Origin: Nitrospira sp.
GTDB lineage: Bacteria > Nitrospirota > Nitrospiria > Nitrospirales > Nitrospiraceae
NCBI GenBank assembly: GCA_005116965.1
Contig: SWDG01000006.1
Location: 17,553-81,552 of the forward strand
DNA length: 64,000 nucleotides
Direction: 5' to 3'
This document shows positions 49,501-56,019 of the stretch, in pieces. Under the pieces are notes generated by a model. It had not been told where the DNA came from. It saw only the letters and a program-made list of their open reading frames with translations, and made no database searches. The translations under genes and the position numbers were made by a program. Position 1 is the stretch's first letter, and every line of letters begins with the position of its first letter.

Positions 49501-49896
49501 GACATCGAGTCCCTGAGGGTAGAGCAGAAGGGCTCTGGTTCCCGGTCGAGCCACGTGTGTGAGATGGCCGGCGAGCGAACGTACGGTCCCTTCGAGTTGC
49601 GCATAGGTCAGCTGATGCTCAATCTCGAGGTTGTCACGAAGCAGCGCATAGGCCAGAGCCGCTGGCTGGTGGCGGCATCGATGCTCGAAGAGATCAGGGA
49701 GGTTGTGGATCGCCCGAGGTGGAAGTTTAGACATGGATGCGAGACACAGGCTGCCCTTGAATCGCTCAGAATAGCCGCGATCACCTATCTGTCTAGCGAC
49801 GAGTACAACCGTAGAATGGTTGATGATAAATGAAAAGAATTTCTCGTTTTTCAACCGGTCCAGAAATTGACCACCGTGTAGTGTGGCAGTCCTCAT
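40504..49896 (-). CDS. non-ribosomal peptide synthetase, FAAL-ACP-C-A-T-C-A-T-TE
   Basis: 3130-aa ORF. FAAL region: LLLYPQGLDVACAFWAC..., YLQYTSGSTATPRG. Carrier Ser residues: Ser682 (FFSLGGNS, codon 47851-47853), Ser1748 (FFEQGGHS, 44653-44655), Ser2804 (FFDLGGHS, 41485-41487). C motifs: FHRLVADGW (aa 881-889) and MHHIIGDQW (aa 1940-1948). A cores: LAYIIYTSGSTGRPKG and LAYILYTSGSTGQPKG. TE: LGSCTGG (Cys2934). The likely true start is ATG 49734 (MSKLPPRAIHNLPDLFEH...). Confidence 0.95.
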   Translation of the reverse strand: MRTATLHGGQFLDRLKNEKFFSFIINHSTVVLVARQIGDRGYSERFKGSLCLASMSKLPPRAIHNLPDLFEHRCRHQPAALAYALLRDNLEIEHQLTYAQLEGTVRSLAGHLTHVARPGTRALLLYPQGLDVACAFWACVCAGLVPVPAPAPDPIRRKHALPRLRSIIEDARVSLVLTTSRSTALSSELSLANETGPITWVTTDQPYESSDSIEWPQPHDNALAYLQYTSGSTATPRGVMISQGNVLAHCRALSLAGDVSDRSRSLCWLPYFHDYGLLHGILAPFYAGIPAYLMSPVTFLRRPLRWLDAVSRFEITHSGGPNFSYEACLRAVRQQPGWQADLSTWLVASCGAEPIRPETVEQFIDTFGPRGFRRTTFAPAYGLAEATLLVTVKRADAEPSFLRVEAEALADSIIKEAPASEQGTRTLVGCGEPLEETHVRIVNPVTHAECPSGFVGEVWLAGTGIGAGYWGKPEETDATFNAALTGSGEGPYLRTGDLGFIHSGELFLTGRLKDLIIVRGRNYYPHDLEWSAQHAHPGLRRGYGAAFSIEDKTGERVALVHEIEKQVSESDLMDVVNCIRRALADEYELELHTVVLIKSGTIPRTSSGKIQRGACKAAFEAGQLAVVRENTLDSDQNVETDGVSNESPQTALETGLADIWHEVLGGPLPHRHANFFSLGGNSLLAAQVVARILDVFHVELPLSVLFECPTLFALATRIDELSTSPDDAEGGRAGIPRIPLRSTSRREGRIPLSPSQQRLWFLEQVHPGSAINHISMSVRIRGPVNPEVLERSVREIARRHEILRTRFGSERGEGFAGVSSEAIVTIGRQDFQGLAPAAQDIQVQQFLRTERNRPFDLRQGPLWRLTLLALEQDVHVLTVTFHRLVADGWSLRIFWKELALLWEAGGDVHKALLPTLTVQYADYADWQRTRLDQGLREVHQAYWIGQLSGARPPAELPVDRQRPRVRTFEGGVRSRSLPPELSTRLDHFCQRQSLTTFMVLYAVFATWLHRYTHESDIVIGSIVAGRRRRELEDVMGYCVNTVALRSEVSDGLTGHELLKQIRRIVVQAYDHQELPFEEVIEALSLQRERSLSPLFNVMIVCEDDPLSTFTVRNLEVTHLPWEPTASEFDLVLMVVNTAHGLELAFLHDSTIFDDSTVDRMLGQLEILLEEFLKKPEARLDQLSFLTAEERQNIQLTWDEPSAQASSIHTLIEAQVERTPLALAVTCGDQSISYQELNRRANRVARALQKLGVGADLPVGLCVERSVDALVGLVGILKAGGGYVPLDPSFPDHRLQLMLEDSHVSIVVTQAHLRHHIQSYGGQICDVETLSAPTGSGAEEGNLALSVSPDQLAYIIYTSGSTGRPKGVAVTHRSLVTSLHARLQYYPDPVSRFLLTFSLAFDGSVTGIFWTLLQGGELVIPPETAHRDPTELASLIEHHRISHIVWVPSLYHAVLGEALSAQLESLRISITAGESLPLELVRRHYELLPHATLYNEYGPTEATVWCSVYHTTRDEAAARVPIGKPIAHMQLYVLDASLQLMPIGVPGELYIAGECLARGYVNQPQLTQERFLANPYAPGTRLYRTGDLARYRADGNVEFLGRVDQQVKLRGYRIELGEIEYVLSNFPGVHHVAVLLRQDKRDQYRLVGYVTGESSLNERLEEVRRFLTARLPHYMVPSMILWLDTMPLSATGKVNRHALPAPNTTTGQVAPRVAPRNQVEESLAELWKSVLQVPEAGVHDHFFEQGGHSLLATQLVSRIRELFEVDVSLPALFERPTIAALAEEVARLRQKDQQASVMPPITPVPRDQPLPLSYSQQRMWLMYQLAPESTAYNMSFASRQMGRLNKSALRSTVDAICHRHEAFRTTFMMKGEGPVQTIHPFRPPHWVEVDLTQRPREERQQQAAQLVEQEANQRFDLEQGPLARFLLIEVEPEDHVLVLTMHHIIGDQWSFGVIGHEFAFFYNAFCRGDIPSAKPIPLQYADYAVWQRRCLTDDWLSTQSDYWQKKLAGLSKLSLPTDYPRPVVQTFNGSHRMVELPTSLIDRLKQFSAEHNATVFMSLLAGFQILLRRYSGQTDVAIGSPIANRTQSAVESIIGSFVNTLVLRTDLSGDPTFIELITRVRDTALEAYANQDFPFDKLVEMMHSSRDQSSAPLVQVLFNVPNAPIGEINVQGLSWVPFEVETQAAQFDLSLTIETEFSRRAYLTFNTNLFEPQTAERMLGQYKLLLQSALANPQRKLSELPTLTAPEQQQMLQDWNRTQREYPQSECFPQLFEAQVKRTPDAVALSMGPKALRYGELNVRANQLAGYLRTLGAKPGVTVGISLDRSLEMVIALLAVLKTGAAYVPLDPEFPRDRLRYMAENASLAIVLTFASLADRFDAQVCRLLCLDREESRIAQEADHNLGPIATPQDLAYILYTSGSTGQPKGVEIPHRALVNFVSSIRQEPGCTAHDVMLSVTTISFDIFGLELYVPLLAGARVEIASRAVAMDGRPLRDLCETVQPTIMQATPATWRMLVEAGWRGSSSLTVLCGGEALPPDLAASLLERCVALWNMYGPTETTIWSTVERIERTDREITIGRPIANTDVYILDQFLQPAPVGVAGELYIGGHGLARGYRGQPDLTAERFIPHPFSPEPLARLYRTGDLARYRPDGRIVHLGRLDHQVKIRGYRIELGEIETALSRHQAIRQAAVLAREDPHGAKQLVAYLVCQEGSAPSQQDLRLFLRSEIPDYMVPSLFVFLKTLPLTANNKIDRNALPSPVSSVSNDAVHVAPHDRMDIQMAALWQQVFEIDKVGIHDNFFDLGGHSLKAAQLFFLIEQVYGRHLPLSTLFQAPTIAEFASKLSHEQWTPPWQSLVAIQPSGNATPIFMVPGVGGNVLVFAQLAKLLGPNQPSYGLQARGLDGKETPFTSVPEMASHYVAQIRRFRPNGPYIVLGSCTGGLIAYEMAQQLVGQGQAVTLVMSDTWHPTTYRPHRYRLPMTFGLPLFMLWRILRTIPRLVCLPIKDWVSFLQRKYKRLMSLSQTNAANDELFVEFQVERVTRATLQAVARYDVRKYPGHILNIVASKRYVAQSVTDTRHVWPDFGGEGSKTVQVAAINSGQLLVTPHVEEVIKHLQAFLGKDTQNKPVPLANVI

Positions 49897-50096
49897 GTCT
49901 GAATGAAGAACGCTGTTTGCAAACTGACGTGCAGGTCATGCTCCGCAGTGAAGGCTGTGGCATCTTGCGACAGTAGGCGAGGAGGCACCGGGGTATTTGT
50001 CACCAGCTCAATCCCTTATTTCCCGCACCATCCTAGCAAAACAATATAACTAATTGAATAATAATGAGAAAGCTCTCTAGATTCGTTGAGAGGCAA

Positions 50097-50112
50097 TGGC
50101 ACATTGATCGCA
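50097..50112 (+). promoter_or_regulatory. candidate sigma-54 (-24/-12) promoter ahead of the cytochrome island
   Basis: TGGCAC-ATTGA-TCGCA has the GG and GC invariants at canonical spacing, with one mismatch in the -12 box. It lies ~27 nt upstream of ATG 50139. Confidence 0.4.
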
Positions 50113-50138
50113 AGGTTTGGTCCTCGAAGGGAGCACAC

Positions 50139-50528
50139 ATGCAGACTACTGGACGACTGGTGGCGTGTTGCGCAGTGTTAGCCGGTATGTCGGGGTTGGG
50201 CTTCAGCAATCTTGGGGTGAAGGAGTTTGCTGTCACGGCCAAGGGTGGTGATCCAGTTAGTGGACGCGAAATCTACGTGAACACCTGCATCCGCTGCCAC
50301 GGAATCGACGGGAAAGGCGCACTAGGAATCAAACTTGTTCCACCTCCGGCGGATCTGACCTCGCTCACTATTCAAAGTCGGCTCGATGGGACCTTATTTC
50401 GACGGATTCACGAAGGCAAACCGAATACCGCCATGGGTGCGTGGAAACATGCGCTCTCCGATGAAGAAATTTGGGATGTCTTGGCCTATGTGCGCACATT
50501 CAGGGTCGAGTCGGGTGGGCAACCATAA
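50139..50528 (+). CDS. class I c-type cytochrome (monohaem)
   Basis: Has a signal-like N-terminus MQTTGRLVACCAVLAGMSG, a CIRCHG haem site and a distal NTAMGAW Met. The ORF is open from 50064. Confidence 0.8.
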   Translation: MQTTGRLVACCAVLAGMSGLGFSNLGVKEFAVTAKGGDPVSGREIYVNTCIRCHGIDGKGALGIKLVPPPADLTSLTIQSRLDGTLFRRIHEGKPNTAMGAWKHALSDEEIWDVLAYVRTFRVESGGQP

Positions 50529-50614
50529 AGTTGAATCCAATAGGTGGGAGTTGTCTCATACGAGTGTGTCAGGAAAATACAATCAACTCCATTTTTCGAT
50601 GAGGAGGTAATGTC

Positions 50615-50833
50615 ATGACGTGCAATGTTGGAGGGATTGAGAGACCTATACGAATTGGAGCAGGGCTCGTGGCAATCATCATCGGGCTTTTTGCAGGGCT
50701 CTCGACTACGATGTCGGGGGCTGCTCTTGCTGTTGGGGTCATCCTCCTGTTCACCGGGGCAATGGGATTTTGCCCGTTGTTTACCTTACTTGGGATTAAT
50801 ACCTGCACTCCGGCATCCGGTGTGAAGAAATGA
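50615..50833 (+). CDS. DUF2892 (YgaP-like) small membrane protein
   Basis: 72 aa with NVGGIERPIRIGAGL...LFTGAMGFCPLFTLLGINTC, the family pattern. The SD is GAGGAGG. Confidence 0.75.
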   Translation: MTCNVGGIERPIRIGAGLVAIIIGLFAGLSTTMSGAALAVGVILLFTGAMGFCPLFTLLGINTCTPASGVKK

Positions 50834-50843
50834 GGCCCACTCT

Positions 50844-51698
50844 ATGAGCCGACCGGTCATTGCAAGCGTTGTGTTGGTGAGTACGCTGGTGTGGACGATC
50901 GGTTGTGTCCCACCTCCACGGGTGATGGAGAACGAGGAGGCGGCTGTTCGTCGGAGCACGGGGTCGCCGGTCGATGCGCTGTTTGTCCCGCCATCGCCTG
51001 AAACAATTCCAGGTGATTTGAGGGGCGAGCAGATTCGCCTGGGCTACAAGATGATTGTCGACACACAGGAATATGGGAAACGGTATGTGGGAAACGCACT
51101 CAACTGCACCAATTGTCATTTAGATGCGGGACTCAACCCGAATTCCGCATCCTTCGTCGGTATCGCCACGCTCTACCCACAGTATCGTCAACGGGCCGGC
51201 CGACAGATGACGCTGGCCGATCGAATCAACGAGTGTTTCGAACGCAGTATGAACGGAAAACCTCTGCCGCCCGACAGCGTGAAGCTCACGGCCATTGTCG
51301 CATACGTCACATGGTTATCACAGAATATGCCGCCCGGCGTTGAGGTCCCATGGCGAGGCATCCCACGCCTGACCTCGACCCATCAGCCGGACCCTCTCAA
51401 CGGCAAAAAGGTCTTTGAGAAAAAGTGTGTCTTCTGCCACGGCTCCGACGGGCAAGGCACCATGGCGGCACCGCCTGTGTGGGGGCCTCGTTCATACAAC
51501 ATCGGTGCAGGCATGGCGCGAATCAGCGTGGCCGCTGGATTTATCAAGGCCAACATGCCACGAGGCTGGGGCTGGACGGTGACGGATGACGAAGCCATCG
51601 ATGCGGCAGTCTATATCAACACACAGCCTCGACCGGACTTTCCCGACAAAATTCACGATTGGCCGAAGGGGGGCAAGCCGGCGGATGTGCCGTATTGA
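50844..51698 (+). CDS. TsdA-like dihaem c-type cytochrome (thiosulfate dehydrogenase family)
   Basis: Two CxxCH sites (CTNCH, CVFCH). IRLGYKMIVDT...RYVGNALNCTNCHLDAG, then ADRINECFERSMNGKPLP with a Cys at the position of the TsdA haem-1 Cys ligand, then IGAGMARISVAAGFIKANMP. The N-terminus has a possible lipobox (VWTIGC). Confidence 0.7.
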   Translation: MSRPVIASVVLVSTLVWTIGCVPPPRVMENEEAAVRRSTGSPVDALFVPPSPETIPGDLRGEQIRLGYKMIVDTQEYGKRYVGNALNCTNCHLDAGLNPNSASFVGIATLYPQYRQRAGRQMTLADRINECFERSMNGKPLPPDSVKLTAIVAYVTWLSQNMPPGVEVPWRGIPRLTSTHQPDPLNGKKVFEKKCVFCHGSDGQGTMAAPPVWGPRSYNIGAGMARISVAAGFIKANMPRGWGWTVTDDEAIDAAVYINTQPRPDFPDKIHDWPKGGKPADVPY

Positions 51699-51754
51699 GG
51701 CAACACCTATCATTCGTGGGAAGTATGGCGATCGCATCAGGAAACGATTGAGGC

Positions 51755-52315
51755 GTGATGACCAACGAGCCATGGAAGCTAAATGATACGGGGTATGCGG
51801 TGCCGGTAATGCCCTGGTGGGCCGGGGGTCTCGGAATCGGGATTGTTCTGCTCATCGCCGTGGCACTCGTGCAACCGATCGGAGTCTCGACGCAGTATGT
51901 GGTGTTAGACGGTGTGCTGTTGCATGCGCTGAGTCCAGACCTTGCCGATGACAGCCCGTATCTAAAGGAAGCCAGCAAGGGATGGACCTTGGCCACCTAC
52001 GAATTCTTCTTCGTCGTTGGGATCCCCATCGGTGCGTTTCTGGCTGCAGCAATCACGAAACGATTCAGTACCCGAGTGGTGCCTCCGCTGTGGGCCTATC
52101 GATTTGGACAGGCGCCAGGAAAACGTCTGGCGTGGTCGTTTATCGGGGGTTTTCTTCTGCTGTTCGGAGCTCGCTTTGGAGGGGGATGCACGTCCGGCCA
52201 TATGATTAGCGGGGTCTCGCAGCTGGCCGTGAGTTCATTCATTTTTTCCGCCGCGTTGTTTGCCAGTGCAATTGTTACGGCCCGCTGGCTGTACCCTGAG
52301 CAGGTGAAACAGTGA
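51755..52315 (+). CDS. YeeE/YedE family (sulfur-transport, PF04143-like) membrane protein
   Basis: Polytopic, with FGGGCTSGHMISG. Its stop overlaps the next start (GTGA). Confidence 0.8.
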   Translation: MMTNEPWKLNDTGYAVPVMPWWAGGLGIGIVLLIAVALVQPIGVSTQYVVLDGVLLHALSPDLADDSPYLKEASKGWTLATYEFFFVVGIPIGAFLAAAITKRFSTRVVPPLWAYRFGQAPGKRLAWSFIGGFLLLFGARFGGGCTSGHMISGVSQLAVSSFIFSAALFASAIVTARWLYPEQVKQ

Positions 52316-52839
52316 ACTTGCTTCTAGGGTTCCTTCTTGGAGCGGCCTTTGGCGCGATCCTCCAGCTCTCCGGAGCGTCGAGCTATACAAAGATCCTCGA
52401 AACCTTGCGGCTCAAAGACTTGACGATCATGAAGGTCATCATGACAGCCATCGGTGTCGGGTTGATCGGGGTTCATGGATTGGATGTGTTGGGTGTCGCT
52501 CATCTGAAGGTCAAGGATCTATATCTCCCAGGGATCGTCATCGCTGGCCTGATCTTTGGAATGGGATTTGCCCTCACGGGTTACTGTCCTGGGACAGCGC
52601 TTGCTGCCGCAGCAGAGGGAAAACTTGATGCGTGGGTGACTATTGTCGGAGGTCTGTTCGGCGCGTTGACGTTTGCTTTCCTGTTTCCCAATCTCGAATC
52701 GTTTTTGGCCTCCTTCGGAGGATTCGGGCCCGTGACGATTCATGGATCGTTCGGGGTCAACGGCTTGCTCATTGCATTGCCGCTCGGTGTGCTGTGTCTT
52801 TGGGGCGCGGCGAAACTTCCTGGATCAGGAACGACATGA
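52312..52839 (+). CDS. YeeE/YedE family membrane protein, second half-size paralogue
   Basis: Polytopic, with FALTGYCPGTA. Its stop overlaps the next start (ATGA). Confidence 0.8.
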   Translation: MNLLLGFLLGAAFGAILQLSGASSYTKILETLRLKDLTIMKVIMTAIGVGLIGVHGLDVLGVAHLKVKDLYLPGIVIAGLIFGMGFALTGYCPGTALAAAAEGKLDAWVTIVGGLFGALTFAFLFPNLESFLASFGGFGPVTIHGSFGVNGLLIALPLGVLCLWGAAKLPGSGTT

Positions 52840-53252
52840 AACTCACGGCCACTTTTCATAGCGGGACTCGCTACGACATTGTGAGCGGCCAACATCGCGT
52901 CATCACCGACCAGTCGGTGGAAGACGGAGGGCAGGATGCCGGAATGGGTCCGGTTGAACTGTTCGTTGGTTCGGTCGCAAGTTGTGTGGCGTACTTTGTC
53001 GGGCAATTTTGTGGGCGCCACGGTATCTCCCGAGAGGGCTTGACGGTCGAGGCGGAATGGACGATGGCCGAAGTTCCTCATCGAGTTGGTCGTATCGACC
53101 TCGGAATCCACCTCCCCCACCGCATCAGCGCAGAGCAAAAAGAGCGATTACTTAAGGTGGCACATGGCTGCACCGTGCATCAATCCCTCGCGGTGCCTGC
53201 CGGTGTGGCGATCGAACTCAATCCTCATCCTCGTGCGGAGAAACCCTTGTGA
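52836..53252 (+). CDS. OsmC-like protein
   Basis: GMGPVELFVGSVASCVAYF and KVAHGCTVHQSL (two conserved Cys). It is translationally coupled to the YeeE pair. The ORF is open from 52632. Confidence 0.75.
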   Translation: MKLTATFHSGTRYDIVSGQHRVITDQSVEDGGQDAGMGPVELFVGSVASCVAYFVGQFCGRHGISREGLTVEAEWTMAEVPHRVGRIDLGIHLPHRISAEQKERLLKVAHGCTVHQSLAVPAGVAIELNPHPRAEKPL

Positions 53253-53263
53253 AAGGAGCAGCG

Positions 53264-54673
53264 ATGTTGAATGTGAGAGTCCGGGTGTTCATTGGAAGCG
53301 CTGCGCTTGTCTTGTTGGGATTCATGTCGTCCCCGCAATTGTCGTTTGGGAGCGATCACACGCGCGCCAAGGAGCTTATCCAACAGACCTGTGTGCAATG
53401 TCACCGGCTGGAAGGTCAGCCGGATTCGCGCTTCAAGCTTCACGCTCCTGACTTGATGTGGGCCGGTAGTAAGTACCAACGGTCGTGGCTCATTCGTTGG
53501 CTGACCGGTGAGGAGGCTCCGCTCTATGCGAAGGGATATATGTGGGACCTGACCACCGTTCCGTCCAAACACCCGATGGTCACAGCGTCGGAGGCGAACG
53601 CACTTGCGGATTACTTTGCCGAGCATAACAAAGATCCGCGCGTCACTATTGGCGCGTTCGATCTCTCGAAAGTCACCAAGTTCGACGTGAAGTTTGGTGC
53701 GGCGGCTTTTAAAGCCCACGCCTGTCTTGGCTGCCACACGATCGAGGAAAACGGCAAGCTCATCGGCGGCCCGCAGAGTGCCGCGTTGCAGAATGCCGGC
53801 CAGCGGTACAACTCGGACTGGCTCTTCCGATTCGGGCAGAATCCGCAAGACTTCACGCCGCACAGCGGCGAGTTTTTGGCCGATGCGACGGAGCCACAAC
53901 TCCGCGCGGTGATCGGGTTTCTTATGGTGCAGGGCGTGAAGGACTTCACGTATTACGAGCCCTGGACGAGCCGTGAATTCGAGATGGCCAGCGTGGATCG
54001 AGGGAAGGTGGTTTATAAGGAGTATTGTTCGCAGTGTCACGGCGCGACGGGCAAAGGCGACGGACCGGCAGCTTCCGGCCTGGAACCCAAACCGGCGATA
54101 CATGCCAACATGCCATTCGAAAAGCTCCCGATCGAATACCTCTACAACGTCATCAATCATGGCGGACCGGCAGTAGGCAAATCGCCGAACATGCCTTATT
54201 GGAATTTGACGATCGGTCAACAGGGCGTGGCGGATGTGATCGCCTATTTGAAAGTGACATTCAAGGGAGTGCCGGATATCGCCGCTGCGCAGAGTGCAAG
54301 TCAGGGCGGTGCCTGTGTGCAACCCCGTAAGACAACCAAGGCTCCGGAAGAATTTCTCGGTAAAGCGAACCCGGTTCCCTCCTCTTCGGGTGCCGTCCGG
54401 GCGGGAAAAGAATTGTTTCTGAAGACCGCGCAGCCGGTCGCCTGCGTCATGTGCCATGGTGAGCAAGGAGATGGCAAAGGATTGATGGGTGCGGCCTTGG
54501 TGCCGCCGCCACGAAATTTCACCTGTGGCGCGATGATGCGGGAGATTCCGGATGGTCAGCTGTTTTGGATCATCAAGAATGGGTCTCCGGGGACTGGAAT
54601 GATGCCGTTTGCCACGTTGCCGGATGAGCAGGGCTGGCAACTGATCCACTACATTAGGAGTTTGGCCAAGTAA
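53264..54673 (+). CDS. tetrahaem c-type cytochrome (four class-I-like domains)
   Basis: Has a signal peptide (VFIGSAALVLLGF) and four CxxCH sites: CVQCH, CLGCH, CSQCH, CVMCH. AAAGGAG lies upstream of ATG 53264. Confidence 0.85.
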   Translation: MLNVRVRVFIGSAALVLLGFMSSPQLSFGSDHTRAKELIQQTCVQCHRLEGQPDSRFKLHAPDLMWAGSKYQRSWLIRWLTGEEAPLYAKGYMWDLTTVPSKHPMVTASEANALADYFAEHNKDPRVTIGAFDLSKVTKFDVKFGAAAFKAHACLGCHTIEENGKLIGGPQSAALQNAGQRYNSDWLFRFGQNPQDFTPHSGEFLADATEPQLRAVIGFLMVQGVKDFTYYEPWTSREFEMASVDRGKVVYKEYCSQCHGATGKGDGPAASGLEPKPAIHANMPFEKLPIEYLYNVINHGGPAVGKSPNMPYWNLTIGQQGVADVIAYLKVTFKGVPDIAAAQSASQGGACVQPRKTTKAPEEFLGKANPVPSSSGAVRAGKELFLKTAQPVACVMCHGEQGDGKGLMGAALVPPPRNFTCGAMMREIPDGQLFWIIKNGSPGTGMMPFATLPDEQGWQLIHYIRSLAK

Positions 54674-54717
54674 GAGTGAGGAGGGTGCATGTGTACATAT
54701 CAACAAGGAGGCAGATT

Positions 54718-55212
54718 ATGAGAGTGAGTCGATATGGAGCGGTGAAGTCAGTCGTTCTGGTTGCAGTCGCTGCGTGGGCGGTATTGGCCGGTGGCCATGA
54801 TATCGCCTATGCACAGGCTGCGGGGATGGGAGCGCCGCCCTCCAAGGTGGAGATCATCATCAAGGACCGTCAGCACGGCTATGAGACCGCCGGGTTCACG
54901 ATGCCGTCGCAAGACACGATCATCGTCGTCCGCAACCAGGATTCTGTCACGCACGGGTTTGCGTCAAAGTTGTTCAAAGACATTCCCGTGAAGGTGGAGG
55001 GAGGAACTGAGGTACGAGGAAAACAGTTCAAGGCCTTTCATGTCGATGCGGGAAAGACAATGACACTCCGTTTTGCCACAGTGCCCTCGAACTTCGATCC
55101 AGCGACCGGTGGAGCTGAAAGTGTGCGGCATGCCCTGTGGTGTGACATCCATCCTGAAGTCAAAGGAGAACTGTTTGTCATTGAAACCCGAGGGGATGTC
55201 GGAGGGGGCTGA
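54718..55212 (+). CDS. cupredoxin-like protein, axial Met replaced
   Basis: Has a signal peptide. VRNQDSVTHGF provides His and WCDIHPEVKGELFV follows an amicyanin-like C-x2-H-x2-(M) pattern with Val in the Met position. Confidence 0.55.
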   Translation: MRVSRYGAVKSVVLVAVAAWAVLAGGHDIAYAQAAGMGAPPSKVEIIIKDRQHGYETAGFTMPSQDTIIVVRNQDSVTHGFASKLFKDIPVKVEGGTEVRGKQFKAFHVDAGKTMTLRFATVPSNFDPATGGAESVRHALWCDIHPEVKGELFVIETRGDVGGG

Positions 55213-55412
55213 GTCGCATCCCTGTTCCGTTCTGAAACGCGCTCACTGCGGTGTGGAAGCGGGCATCTCTCCTGTGAGAGTGCAAGAGTTCCAGTCCTGG
55301 CCGGCAACGTTCACACCGAAGCTGAGCCAGGACTGGTGGAGCTGTTTCTGTGATAGGTAGCGCTGAGGTGAGCGGCTGTGCCGGTTCTGCAGTGGATGAA
55401 GGAGACCCCCAC

Positions 55413-55880
55413 ATGAACTGGGTCATGAGAGGCTCCGCTCATCTCGCGGGCGTATGTCTTGGATTGGCAGTCAGCACAGGTTCGCTTGTCATGCCGCTCA
55501 CCGGATGGGGCAAGGAGATTTCCTTTGTGGCACGTGATGTCGAAGATCAGCAAGCGGTGTGGCTTCCCAGTGAAATCATCATTCACCGCAGTGCGGATTT
55601 CAGGGAGCCGTTGATTTTTCGGTTTGATAATCCAACTGTACGGACCCATGTGTTCGAAGCCCCGGGCTTGTTTGAGTCGGTAGAGGAAAGCGGTGTTCGG
55701 ATCACCAGGCCGGTGCGGATTACCATTGCGCCAGAGGGGACCGAGCAGACCGTGATCGACAGAGACCGGATGGCGAGCGATGCGATCACTGCCGAAGGAG
55801 AGACGGTGACCTATCAATTCTACTGCCCCCTCCATCAAGCCGATGCAGACATAGGTGGGAAAATCGTGGTGCGGCAATAA
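55413..55880 (+). CDS. cupredoxin-like protein 2
   Basis: Has a signal peptide. VRTHVFEAPG and YCPLHQADADIGGKIVV fit an H...C-x2-H pattern without an obvious Met. GAAGGAG lies upstream of ATG 55413. Confidence 0.5.
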   Translation: MNWVMRGSAHLAGVCLGLAVSTGSLVMPLTGWGKEISFVARDVEDQQAVWLPSEIIIHRSADFREPLIFRFDNPTVRTHVFEAPGLFESVEESGVRITRPVRITIAPEGTEQTVIDRDRMASDAITAEGETVTYQFYCPLHQADADIGGKIVVRQ

Positions 55881-55883
55881 CAC

Positions 55884-56006
55884 CAACGTGAAGCGTATTG
55901 GCCAACGGTTTCATGTGCCATGTTTCCGCACAACTTGAAACGTTGAACGTGAAACTTGGAACTAAGCAACTCAGGATCGCGATACGAGATACGAACGACG
56001 AGTGAC
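55884..56006. repeat. intergenic heptamer-repeat element, copy C
   Basis: AACGTGAAGCGTATTGG comes first. Heptamers GCACAAC TTGAAAC GTTGAAC GTGAAAC TTGGAAC occupy 55928-55962, followed by TCAGGAT CGCGATA CGAGATA CGAACGA CGAG. It is colinear with copy B. Confidence 0.75.
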
Positions 56007-56019
56007 GGAGGAGAACACA

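Noticed and set aside
49915-49935. Sigma-54-like motif on the minus strand upstream of the NRPS (reverse complement TGCACGTCAGTTTGCA)
   Set aside because: The -12 box is good, but the invariant GG of the -24 box is disrupted (TGC instead of TGG).
53225-54706. 493-aa ORF on the minus strand
   Set aside because: It is fully antisense to the plus-strand tetrahaem cytochrome, which has a signal peptide, an SD and four CxxCH sites. The minus-strand translation is Arg/Gly/His-rich low-complexity sequence, typical of shadow ORFs in GC-rich DNA.
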